From: Chromera velia
Lineage: Eukaryota
Length of the DNA: 64,000 nt
Direction of reading: 5' to 3'
NCBI GenBank assembly: GCA_018398765.1
Contig: JAHBMJ010000421.1
Location: forward strand, 62,001 to 126,000
Positions 52,478-64,000 of the stretch are shown in pieces. Positions within the stretch are counted from its first letter, which is position 1. Each line of letters begins with the position of its first letter. A program made the translations under genes and the position numbers. Under the pieces are notes generated by a model. It made no database searches. It saw nothing but the letters and a program-made list of their open reading frames with translations, and was not told the origin of the DNA.

Positions 52478-54477
52478 TCATGCAGCGAGGACAGTGATTT
52501 GTTGCTTCTCAACCACGGCTCTCAGCATGTCACGGGCAGCGGAATTGAACCCTTCCGGGCCAGAAACGACGACACGGCACGGCTGTGGCATTCGCTCCAC
52601 TGCCTTGGCGACGATTTCGGAACAAATGCGAGATCTGAGCACCTCTGCACTCCCGATGTTCTGGACCGTCTCTTCAACTGTCTGCCCGTTGCAGCCTGGG
52701 GTCACGTAGTCGAACTGGGGGCCTCCTGTGTTAGGGCCCGTCAGGAGGAGCGTGCAGTGACGCAGACCCCGCTGCTCACCCTCCCGGCAGTACTCGGCAA
52801 TCTTGTCGAGGAGGAGCACATCATCCTCGCGAAACGAGAGCAAGGCGTCGATGGGCACGCGGAGCTGGTTCTGCCGAGCAGTCGAGATGCCAAGATTGTT
52901 CACCGGATCCCGATGCTGGAGGATTTGCGGCAGCGCGACCACACCCGTGCCGGCCAGCAGCAGGAGCACGCTGGCCGGCGAATGGAACGCCCCCGTCTCT
53001 CCGTCGTCCCCGGCGATCAGGCTGGGTACCTGGAGCGTTTTCATGGGCTTAGAGAGCCACACCTTCGTGGGAAGCGTGTTGCCGTGGGTGCGAAGCCAGG
53101 ACGTTGCCTTGCCATTGTGGTAGATCTTCACCAACATGTCACACCTCCCCTGCTCCCACATCTTGGCGGTGCTCACAGGAGTGTAGTCGCGCTCGATCCA
53201 GGGGAGAGGCCCTTCGTCGTTCGCCCCGACCTCGGCGAGCATCGTGGTGTGCCACGTGATGGGCACAGCAACACGGCCCTTTCCGCGTGGGTGGGGGGTT
53301 CCCCGCTTTGGGTCCGTCGACTTGAGATGGTAGATGGCGGTGAATTTCGACACGGGCGTAACTCCCTCGAGCGACCACTGGCTGTACTGGGAGATGGTCT
53401 CTGGCATGGCACCTGCGAATAAGGGAAGACGTTCATGAGTTGAAGAAAAGGAAAAAATGAAACACAGGATGCAGTTGTTCTCTTGATCGATCGGTACCTC
53501 ATGCTCGCGGCAGAATCGACACCGGCTCCAAAAACGGAATTTCGGATATCTGCTTTTCTTGTAGAGAAGACCGAAATCGCACGCTTTCAGTGCAGAGTGC
53601 ATTAGATACCGAGAGACACGATGATGCATGCTGTAAACACAGACAGCACATCCGTTCCCACACACAGGTCACTCTCACGCTCATTCATTGACAATCAACC
53701 ACTCCATGGAGCCCCACCTGCATGGTTGACTGACAACACATGCACGCTGCACACACACACCACCTCCGTACACATCCTTCTCGCAAGACGGAACCGGATA
53801 CCAGAGATCTGTTTTTTTTTTTTGTTATACAAAACGAAACAGCAACGCTTTGCGCAGAGAGACGGAATTTCAGAGACCTGCTCTTCTTGTTGACAAGAGG
53901 GAAATGAAAGGTCCTTAGTGCAGAGCAAGAAAAGAATTTCAGAGACCAAGAAGGAAATTCGGGGGAGGAGCGACTTGCCATTAGCGACCCCCACGCCTTC
54001 TGAGAAGCCGGCCAGGTCGAGGAGCTCTAAGAAGTCAGGGATCAGGCCCGGCATCCTCCGAACTTCCTGCTCCATGCCACGAAGCGCTGCATTCCAGCGG
54101 AACACAGAGCGGTTGTGCTCTCGCGCCCGCAGATTGCGCAGACAGGCAAGCCGCTCCGTTGCCTCTTGTGGAGCCTCCTCCAGTGCGGGCTTTTTGCCCG
54201 TCGCATCCTCCACCACACGGGCACTCGCTTCCAGGCTGTTGATGCGTACGTGCACTCGCTCTTCGTCAGATTCGCCTTCCCCCGACTTGATGACAACCGC
54301 ATTCGGCCCTTGGCTGCAGTAGCCAAGGCAGCCAGTCTCGCTCACCGTAAGGCCGTCAACCAAGTTGCCCAGCTCCTCAATCTCGGCCAGCACGATCTCA
54401 CTGCCTCGGCCGCGGCACGTGCGGGCGTGGCAAACGCGAATCTCCGGCTCCGAGGGATCAATCGACATGTCAGACAT
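52478..54477 (-). CDS. Thioredoxin-like [2Fe-2S] ferredoxin fused to an FNR/cytochrome-b5-reductase-type FAD/NAD(P) oxidoreductase. Exons: 54477-53979 and 53412-52478
   Basis: VCHARTC...TGCLGYCSQGPN (TRX-like ferredoxin cysteines); RDYTPVS, LVKIY..G..TSWL, LLAGTGV, VVSGPEGF (FNR-like motifs). Confidence 0.85.
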
Positions 54478-55031
54478 GGTGTTGAAGATCGTTGAAATTC
54501 GCCGAGAGCCTAGAAAGAACTGGAAACTCCTTGTGCAGGGGGCGGTTCAATAGCCGGAGACTGCTGCACCCGGCTGACCTGTCGATCGCGTGACTACTGA
54601 GAAAAGGATTTGTGACGCCATGCAAAAACCTCGAGCGGCAAGCCTGAGCAAGATGGGGAGGTGATGGGAAGACTGCCAGGGGAGTATTCTATATATATAG
54701 TGGAGCGCACACTCGGATATCGTGGAGACGGCATCCTGCAGTTTGCAGGTTAAAGAAAAACTGATAGGAATTCAGTGCCATGCATGCAGTAGTTTTCCGG
54801 GGCCACGTCCTGCGACACGCATATATTCGCTGCGCATGCAGTGAGCTGCATGATGCTGCATGTAGAGAATTTCTCTTTTGTGGATCCACTCTCACGGACC
54901 AAAGTTAGCTCGGACAAACTGTTTTGGGTCGTTTAATATGCATGGAAGAAAAATCAGCTTCATGTGACGAACCCGCGTCTTGAAGAGAGTCCATCCGCCC
55001 CAGCTCTGACGGCAAGTGACCTCCGACGACG

Positions 55032-58000
55032 ATGCGACTGGCGCTCTTGTTCTGGTGTCTGACCTCAGGTTGGTACCCCCGTTCCGTGTCAGATCGTTTG
55101 AAGCTGCAATCAATTAATGGGCCTTGCGCCAGGAACCCTTTCCACTGCTTTCCACCTTTTTCTGTTTGCATATTGCAGGCTGTGTGGTTGTGGCGTCAGA
55201 TAAGGGAAGAAGAGACCTGCAATACTTTCCTCCGAAGAAGGTTCACGGCTTTGCGAGACTTAATGTGGTGGAGGAGAAGAATCCGATGCCCAAGAGTAAT
55301 GACACCGAGTGGGAAAGTCTCAGGAGAGCGATGTACGTGGATGGCATTGTTCTCCCGGAAGACGAGACTAAGACTACCGGAAGTGCACCTTCCTGGAGGA
55401 ACATGGACGGCATCAACGGTAAGGATTCGTGCATGCTCACGCATTCGTGAATGCAGACGTCTCCTTCGTGAATCTGGTTCCGTGTCTTGTTCTGGGTGTC
55501 TGTTCCTTGCTTGTGACCGTCCGTGTCCAGTACGTGCATGTCGCTTCTTGATTTTCATCGAGCATGCGTGTTCCCTATCACGGCGAAATTTGGTTGCACA
55601 CGCGTGTTGATTCATGTGTCTCTGCCTTGCAATTGTACGATTGCTGAATGTACCTCCTTGGATGTCCTGCAGGTTTGTACGTTGACGGGACTTCTGTGGA
55701 GGAAGGGGATCCGCTTTTCTTCTCCGTCATCCTGCGGAACCACATGGAGGAAGCCACGATGCTGCACTGGCACGGTCTGACACCTCCAATGAATGAGGAT
55801 GGTGTCCCCATGCTGACCTCTTTGCCCCTGGAATCAGGGTCCGAGATCCTGTACGACTTCTCCGTGCCCCAGCGGGGACTGTACTGGATGCACTCGCACT
55901 ACGGACTCCAGCTCCATTACGGACTTGCCGCGCCCGTCGTGCTGCAGCATCCTCAGAGCTATCTTGATTGGCTGGGTGTGCAGCAGGACGTGTTGTTTTT
56001 CGTTGCAGACAGCTTCGTGCGTGCGGAGTGCAATTTTGACTTCAGACTTTACCCCGAAGTCTGCAAGGGAAAGAGGATACCGGACAACTGGGCAAACTAC
56101 GATATGACAGTCAACAACAGGTCACACAAGCAAACTGCAGGAGTGATTGAGGAAAGACGGAAGAAAAGAAAGAAAGAAAAGAAAATAAGGAAAAGACGCA
56201 GTAGAAGAAAAAGAAGAAACAAGAAGGAAACAAAGAAAGATGTGAAGACCTAATGAGGACGGAAAGAAAGACGGGGGAAGCAAGGAAGGAAGGGGTGAAG
56301 GGGAGAAGGAAAGAAGAAACGAAGGAAAGAAGAAAGGAAGGAAGAAAGGAAGTAAGGAGGAAGGAAGGAATGAAGGAAGGAAGAAAGGAAGGAAGGAAGG
56401 GGTGAAGGGAGGGAGGGAAGGAAGGAAGGAAGGAAGGGGTGAAGGGAGGGAGGGAAGGAAGGAAGGAAGGAAGGAAGAAAGAAACAAACAAACAAAGAAA
56501 GAAACAAAGGAAGGAAGGAAGGAAGGAAGAAAGAAAGAAAGGCACGGAGACACGGAGAGAGGGACAGACAAGGGAGGGAGAGACGGAGACGGAAAGAACC
56601 TCAGGGACAGAGATAGGCAGAGAGAGGGAGAGGAAGAAGGAAACGAATTCAGCGAGAGCTGAAGGGAAGGCAGAAGGGAAATCTAACCAGAGTGCATGGA
56701 AGGATTGAATGAGCGCCTCTTCTGCTGCAGGTCCATTCTCGACCCTGCTGTTGTGGAGGTACTGCCAGGGAGTGTGATCCGGCTTCGAACTCTTCATGCA
56801 GGTGCAATCGCTCTTTGGAGAAGTCCGTTTGGGGGGTTCGGGGGAGGGGGGACATCTGACTTTCCGTCTTGTGCTCCTTCTCGTCTACGCTGCTTACATG
56901 GCACACTGAATGCACTAGCGTGCGTTGTTTCCACTGTTTTCTTAGTGACGTATTCCGTGCTTCTTCCCGGACGCTAGATCGCGGAGCTTTGCTTCTGCCC
57001 CCATTTCTCTGCCATTTTTTTCTGTTCCTCTCCCATCGTCCCCCCTCGGCACTTTTAACGTCTCCTCGCTCCCAGAATTAGTACGTGATGAGATCGCATC
57101 GGTGCACGCATCGTCTCTTTCTATACCCACAAGGAACGATGCATGTCCACTTTGTCTCCCTGCCGGCCTTCCCGCTGATTGCACGTCATGGCACCATCGA
57201 TCGTCATTCTTCCTTCCTTCCTGCAGTCTCCTGGCCTGAAGAGCTCGGGAAGGGAGAAGTCGTGGCTGTAGACGGCACAGATGTCGAGAGGGGTGTTTTT
57301 GTGGACAGCATACCCCTTGCAAACGCCCAGAGGATGGACGTCCTCCTCAAGATTCCTGTCAGTGCTGAAAAGGGTTGGTATGAGATTGTGGCTGACAGAA
57401 TTACTGGATACTATGCTGAGGGCACGGAGGCCGCAGAGCGCACAGGAATGATTCTGAAGACCCACGGACCCCATCGGGGCGACCCTATTCAGAGGTCAGC
57501 TAGGCTCTGGTCTGAGATCGATCGAGCTAGAGAGAGTTGATGTACTGTACACGGAGAAGTCTTACTTCGAGTGTCCTTTGAATTGAAAATATCATACGGT
57601 CACTCTCATCACTAAACCTGTGTGAGTAATTCAGAGTTTGGAGAGGTTTGCGTGGTCGAGAGGGAGCACGAAAAAGGTGCCCTCATTCGATGCATCTCTG
57701 CATCACGTGTGCTTGCCTGCATCTGGTTGAATGCAGTAAATTTGAAGGAAAACTCAAAGGGTGGATGGATTTGGATCTTGACAAAAGGCTGAAGGCAAAG
57801 TTTCCACTGCCTTCCAAGCCAGTCACCCGCGAGCACGTCCTTCGCCTCACTGGAGAATTCACTGACGACTACGGACCCCAGTTCTCGTTGAACGACGCCC
57901 GCTGGTACAATTTTCCTGGGAGGGGGTGGGTGAATCGAAAAGAAGGGACTCTCACTTACAAGCGCATCGTTCAGAGCAACATTCCCTGCGAGGCCCTTTG

Positions 58001-60113
58001 CGAAAAGAAGAACTGGCGGGGAGGTTCCAGGTGCGACCCTGAGTGGGACTCTGTGCCTCTGGATGAATGTGCGTTCTTCAAAGCAAGTGACGTGCCCCCT
58101 CGAAAGAATTCACAGCCCTTGAAGGTGTGTGATGGAGATAGGGTAGAGCTCACGATAGTCAACCAGGGATCGCCAAGGACGGGTGGGGACTCCCATCCCA
58201 TTCACATGCACGGGGCTCACTTCCAGGTAGGTGTTTCTTTCAGCTTTTCTTTGTTTGCTACTTGCTGCAGTGCGTCCCTTTCTGCTTTTGGGCGCCTGGC
58301 CGACTGATCGATCGAGTGTTCTGATTTTTTGTTAGACGAAGAGTGATGAACGCGTGCATGTCTCGATGCATATTGTTTCATTTAATGCACAGCTATGGAA
58401 AGCAAGGAAAAAGGGAAAGACATCAAAGCCAAAGACAAGCTCTAGAGGAAGCCGAAGTAAAGGGGAGCCGTGCCGAAGGAAAGATAAAAAAGTCGAAGGG
58501 AAGTCAAGAAAGAGCACGGCGGGAAGGAAAGGAGGACCAGTTGGTTGGTTTTGTTGGTTGATTGGTTGGGTGGATAGATGGATGGATGGATGGATGGAGA
58601 GATGGATGGATGGATGGATGGATGGATAGGTGGATGGATGGATGGATGGATGGATGGATGGATAGATGGATGGATGGATGGATGGATGGATGGATGGATA
58701 CACGGATGGATGGATGGATGGATGGATGGATGGATTGATTGATTGATTGATTGTCAATGAGCCTTTTGCCATCAACAAAGTGGGTCAACAATCTTTCTCT
58801 GCAGATTGTGGCAGTGAACGGCACGCGACTTGAGGACGGTCCTATGCGCGATACCGCGTTCGTGCCTAGGTGGACCAACTTGACCGTGGCCTTCGATGCG
58901 GTGAACAACGGCATGTGGCTGATACACTGTCATATGCACTTCCATCTTGACCAGGGGATGGCAACGACAGTGGAGTCAGTCAGTCTGTCAGTCAGTCAAT
59001 CATTGAGTGAGTGAGTGAGTGGGTGAGTGAGTGAGTGAGTGAGTGAGTCAGTGAATCATTCAGTGAGTCGGGCAGGCAACCAGGCAGGCAGTCAGAGAAT
59101 AATTATGTTCATTCATTCAGTCAGGCTAAGTTATTTAGTCACATCAGACAGTCACTGAGTCCCTTCGTCCCTTAGTCCGTCATTCCACTATTCATGGGTT
59201 GTCATGCAGTCAGTCGGTCAGTCAGTCAGTCAGTCAGTCAGTGAGTCAGTCATTGAGTCAGTAAGCCGTGAAGAGAGTACGATCGATTGTCAATTACCTG
59301 GACGGTCATTCCTTATCGCGTTTCACTGTGATGAAGTCGATGCCCAACAAGTAAGTGATTTTCTGACTGGTCGATCCTTGGATGAGGATGATAATGTTCG
59401 GCTGTCTCACAATGCTTTCGGCCACTCGCATTGTGGCTGCATGCACCACCGTGACAGAGCACATGCTAGAGCATATGATGGCTAGTAGCCTTTATTATTC
59501 CGTGCATTCGTTTCGCTGCACTCATGCATGAAGGGTAGCATGAAGGTGGTTGCGTCAGGACATATGTGATGGGAGAGTCGTTCTGACTTCTCCAAATGCA
59601 TTTTGACGCCGTCTGTATGATACTCCAGCAATACTGCAGCACTCTTGACGATCGATCTCTCTCACAACGTCAATTTGGGCCTCTTCCGAAAACCCGCTTT
59701 CCTTTGTGAATGGATGGGTGTGTAGGTGGGGTGCATGCATGTGTCAAAGAACAGTTGACGTAGTAACACGAACAAATAAATGCATGTACAGACCAGTGGA
59801 CGGATGCCATTGGAGGACTTTGGATTCAAATTTTTAGTATCTACAATTCATGTTTAATTGTCTTTCTCCGTCGCTTTTTAGCATGTCTTTGCTTCCTGAA
59901 TTGCGCAGGTACACAAACTCGGAGGAAGACTGCGGAGCCCGCCGCAATCCAACTCTTACTTTCTCTCCTCTCTCTCCGGCTGAAGAGCTTATCGAGAGTA
60001 GAATGGTCCCGCCGTCGGGTGTAAGCTTTATGGAAGCGAAAGAAAAGAATTATGAGTACCATGCATTTCGATTCCTTGAAAAATTGAGGCAGAGGGAAGA
60101 GATTTTGAACTGA
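55032..60113 (+). CDS. Secreted three-domain multicopper oxidase (laccase/ferroxidase-like), multi-exon
   Basis: Signal-peptide exon 55032-55068 and all four Cu motifs: [30 protein letters not shown]. Last exon 59909-60113. Confidence 0.93.
58575..58752. repeat. (GGAT)n/(GATT)n microsatellite in a multicopper oxidase intron
   Basis: Directly visible; similar (GAAA)n, (GA)n and (GGAA)n tracts at 29260, 45650 and 56280. Confidence 0.95.
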
Positions 60114-61289
60114 AATCAACTTGAGGTTCGTATTCTGCAATTTCATAGGCCTCGTTCCAGTGTTTCTTTATACATGAGCTTGACTGTGGCCCTGACAGCC
60201 GCCGGCTTCCAAGCTAGCTTCCAAGTTAAATTTCAATTGCTTTAATTCTATTTTATGCACACACTCATACATTTGTCTAGACTCCAATGTGTGACTCCAT
60301 TATTATTATTATTGTTATTAACTATTATTATTATTATATCTAGTATTATATATTGTAAAGAACCGAACTGCCTCGTGCGTTGCTGCCGAACGTTAGACGC
60401 CTATTCATAGGCCGATGGCGATGGCGTATGATGATGATGATATATGATGATGATATATGATCATAATGATGATCATTAAATTTATCACTAGATTTATCAA
60501 CTTCGATTCCGTACGTTACTTCAAGTTGAAAGTGATTTATTTTTTAAAATAAAAAAGACCTAGAAAAAGACGGGGTATGTTAGGGTGACTAGTAGGGTGA
60601 AAACGCTAGGAACTCAATCTAAGCCATTTCCATTTTTATTAGTAACTTTGCATTCTAGAAGAAACATATTACTATTATAGACATCGTCACCAAGACATGT
60701 ACTAGTGCATCTCTCTATATATATATATGTATTTTTTTTTTTTTGCCCTATAATGGCTCCAATTTTATCTAATTTTTTTTTCAATGTTTTTACTCACTTC
60801 AATTTGTGTATGAACCAACCACTTCGCCAACCACTACTATCACACGGTATAGTAATGGAAACACTCAAATCAAACTAGCAAATCAAATCTATCAAATTAT
60901 TTAATTAGCCATTTTAAATCATTTTTAATAATATAATATATTAAAGTTTTTTTTTAGTTTTTCTTTCCATCATGATATATATGGGTTAAAATCAGTTATC
61001 ACTATATTTTTAAACTTTTTAACAGCCTAAGTAGTTGTATATACATACGTGCGCGGCGCATGCACACAGTTGTACAAGCGTTGCAAGGTGTTCCACTGGC
61101 AGGCAGTCAATTGAAAGAAAAAATATATAGTACAAAGATATTTAAGTTAAAAAAAAAAAAACCTTTCAATTATCTTTGTGACACCTCTATGAAGTTGAGA
61201 CTTCAAATTGGTAATGCAAGCGCGTGGAGTTGGATGTGGAGTTAGATAAGACTGTTAGTAGGACAGATCAATGTCTGAGCCTCAAAGAG

Positions 61290-64000
61290 TTATCGCATGC
61301 TTTCGCTATCTATGTCCCTTGCCGCTCTTTCCTTTGATATCCCTCCTGCGCGTCTTTCAGACTCCCCCTCTGGCACAGCAGTCCGTGACCGAGTGGGCTC
61401 CGGTGAGTGAGAGAATGCAGGCGCCTGGGGTGGTGCCTGTGAAACGGGGGCAGCCGGGCTGCTGAAAAGGACCGGCTCAAAGTCGAAAGCACCAGGGGAC
61501 CCAGGGGAAGTTCCCCCCCCCCCCCCCCNNNNNNNCCCCACCAGCAGCACCACCAGCCGGGCCTGGGGACTGTGCACTTGAGGCGGCGTGAGCAAGTCTG
61601 GATGCGGGGGGGATTTTGTGGTTGCTCTCACTTGTTGAAAGGGGGGGGGGGAGCATTTGCATCTGTATTGATGCTGCTCTCTGCTGGGGAGCTCCTGATA
61701 CCCCTTCTCTGTCTTTCTCTTTCCCTTCTCTCTGACTGCTCCGCTGGCTCCACTGACTCTGTTTGAGAGGACTCTGGGTGGACCCTGAGGGGGTTTCCTT
61801 CTCTCTGTCTTTTTCTCTCTCTCTTTCCCGCTTCTCGCGCTCCTCCCTCTCTTTTGATCTCTTGACCAACAACCGTCTGATTGCTTCCCGAAGCTGCCGG
61901 CTGACTTCCTCAAGTTCCAGCGGGTCGTCCAGACTCTGACGGAGTTCGACAAGACTGCACGCAGGGCGAAGGGAACCGCCAATCATGCATCGATTTTCAT
62001 CAAATGTATGTCTGATGGTTAATTGTGTGCTCTTTCCTTTTCTTTTTTCCCATGCACACGCCCAATGGATCTTCAAGAAGAAGGTCGAAAAGAAAGGATC
62101 AAGAAAGCACAAGATGAAACAAACCTTGCGGGGACTGAAGAGAAGAGAAACTGCATGGGGGATGTATGTTTTTTGTCCAGTCGCAACCAACCCGGCATTT
62201 TTTCTACATACAAGCGCGTCACGTTCGCGTTTCTCTAGCACAGAGCTTTTGTTCACTCGCGTGCATGCAGTGCACGCACGCACACGCGCATAGACAGAAA
62301 GCCAAAGTGACAAACAAACCACCCCTGCAGACAACCAAAAACAACCACTCGCTCACTCACCCGCACCGCTCCCAGTCTTGAACGAAGGCTTCCAAGGAAA
62401 CTCGGCGAGAGCGCTCATGACCGAGGGAAAGCTCTAGGGATGCAACTTGAACCTGTTGGCAAAGAAGAGGGGTGGTCTCAAGGTGTAGCGCATAAGTATT
62501 TGATGAGATGAAGAAAACGGGAACCATCACTGTGCTTTTGCACCTCGAAAACAGAAGGGGGGCACATCTGGAAAGGCAAAGAGTCAGAGTGGCAACCTCC
62601 TGCAGTGACACCACGAGTTGCCGATCTTGAGAGGAAATTTCTGTCTTCCCCCCTGCATGGTCTATGTTGTCCGGTTTCTTTCTTTCTTTCTTTGCCTTTG
62701 AATTTTCTGAAAGAGAACGATGACACGCATGGCTTCCTGACTAACCTGCAACGCCCGTGCCGTCTCTGCAGTCTGACGTGAAAGCTCGAGGGACTTTTCA
62801 GCTCGCTGCTCTGCTGCCTCCGCTTTGGCCTCCAACAGCTTCTCCAGGTCCTCCTCGCCTCCCCTCTCTTTTCCCGCTGTACCTACACCTGGACTTCCAG
62901 AAGACGCCGCTTCTGCTTGGGTCTCTGCGGCCTGTGTGCATGCACAGAGGCATTGTGAGAATCATTCAGAGAGGGAGGGCATAGCAGAAGAGGGGATCGA
63001 TCTTTGCGTCTGCAGCATTCAAAGCGATCAACATGCAATCCGTGATAAAAGGTCACTTGAGATGACTCCGCAAGTAAGGCATCTTGCATCTCATTGAGAC
63101 ATTATGATGCGTGAGTGTTGACAAACATGGTCTCGTTGGTCCATCTTCCTCGTCTAGTCAAATTGACTGACCTTCAAAAGCCGAGCCCTCTCTGTCTGAG
63201 CCTCCTGGAGGGCCTCCCCGAGTGCCGCCAGTTCCTCTCGGAGCTTTGTCAAAGTTTCCGAGTGCTCTCGCTGCACATGCGCAGAAAGATTAGCAGTACA
63301 CCGGAACGTTACGGCTGTTCAAAAACGTGCGTGAAAGCTCAACTGGCCAAAAAGTAAAGAAGCTACACGAACAAGAACATGGTGTAGCAGAAAAAGATTC
63401 GAACTTTGGATGTTGTCCTCAGAAAAAAAGCAGCGCAGGCGCCTGCACTCCAATACTTCTCTCCTGAAGGAAGAGAAGAACAAAGCTGAACCTCACCCGA
63501 ACCCAAAATATCGAGACACTGTGTCTATACACTCACATCTTAATACAGATAGATCCTTTATGAGAACGCCTCAATGACATGCAGTCGACACAATCCTACG
63601 CGACAATCACCCCTACCCTTTTGCCCCCCCCCCCCCCCCCCCCNNNNNNNNNNNNNNNNNNNNNNNNNNNNNNNNNNNNNNNNNNNNNNNNNNNNNNNNN
63701 NNNNNNNNNNNNNNNNNNNNNNNNNNNNNNNNNNNNNNNNNNNNNNNNNNNNNNNNNNNNNNNNNNNNNNNNNNNNNNNNNNNNNNNNNNNNNNNNNNNN
63801 NNNNNNNNCCCCCCTCCCTCCCACACCCGCGCTCGACCTGACTGACTGACTGACTGACCCTCAAGTTTGCGATGGCTCGATATTTGTCCTCAGACGCTTG
63901 CCGTAATTGCCTCAACAACTCCGCCTTGCTGAACGCAGATCGATCGAAGGGTCAGAAGGACAGGAACAACAAACAAAAACAGATGCAGATGTACACAGAA
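61290..64000 (-). CDS. 3' part of a multi-exon coiled-coil protein of unknown function; start lies outside the window and the stop is uncertain because of an N gap
   Basis: Exon-like blocks at about 63859-63930, 63172-63271, 62745-62930, 62361-62453 and 61953 downward (LVELRQSLDDPLELEEVSRQLREAIRRLL), with GT-AG boundaries. Confidence 0.6.

Noticed and set aside
52499..53422. 307-aa + strand ORF opposite the reductase
   Set aside because: Expected antisense shadow of GC3-rich coding sequence
56111..56797. Low-complexity ORFs (SFLP, KERK, IHPS repeats; also at 28625, 45529, 58332)
   Set aside because: Translations of intronic microsatellites
63625..63812. Poly-C/N tract (also 21997 and 61529)
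   Set aside because: Assembly gaps beside homopolymers

Overview
Intron-rich eukaryotic nuclear DNA, with GT-AG introns full of microsatellites and frequent TGCATG(CA) motifs. The style suggests a chromerid alveolate such as Chromera velia (inference only). The window opens inside a decayed Ty1/copia retrotransposon. It then carries about 12 genes or ORFs: a METTL3/MT-A70 m6A methyltransferase, a NudC-family protein, a disrupted P-loop protein, an RRM-like protein, a PDCD4/MA3 protein, an ABM-like protein, a small ORF, URB2/Npa2, a small membrane protein, a 2Fe-2S ferredoxin/FNR-type reductase fusion, a multicopper oxidase and a partial coiled-coil gene. Main observations: (1) the genes alternate strictly in orientation, with CGCG/TGCATG-rich head-to-head spacers and AT/TpA-rich tail-to-tail spacers; (2) the copia nonsense mutations fit a RIP-like CpA->TpA process; (3) a CCHC knuckle lies between integrase and RT; (4) a 190-bp TG...CA repeat pair contains a fold-back hairpin; (5) the P-loop gene may be virus- or bacteria-derived. 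All calls come from reading the sequence by eye; no searches were run.
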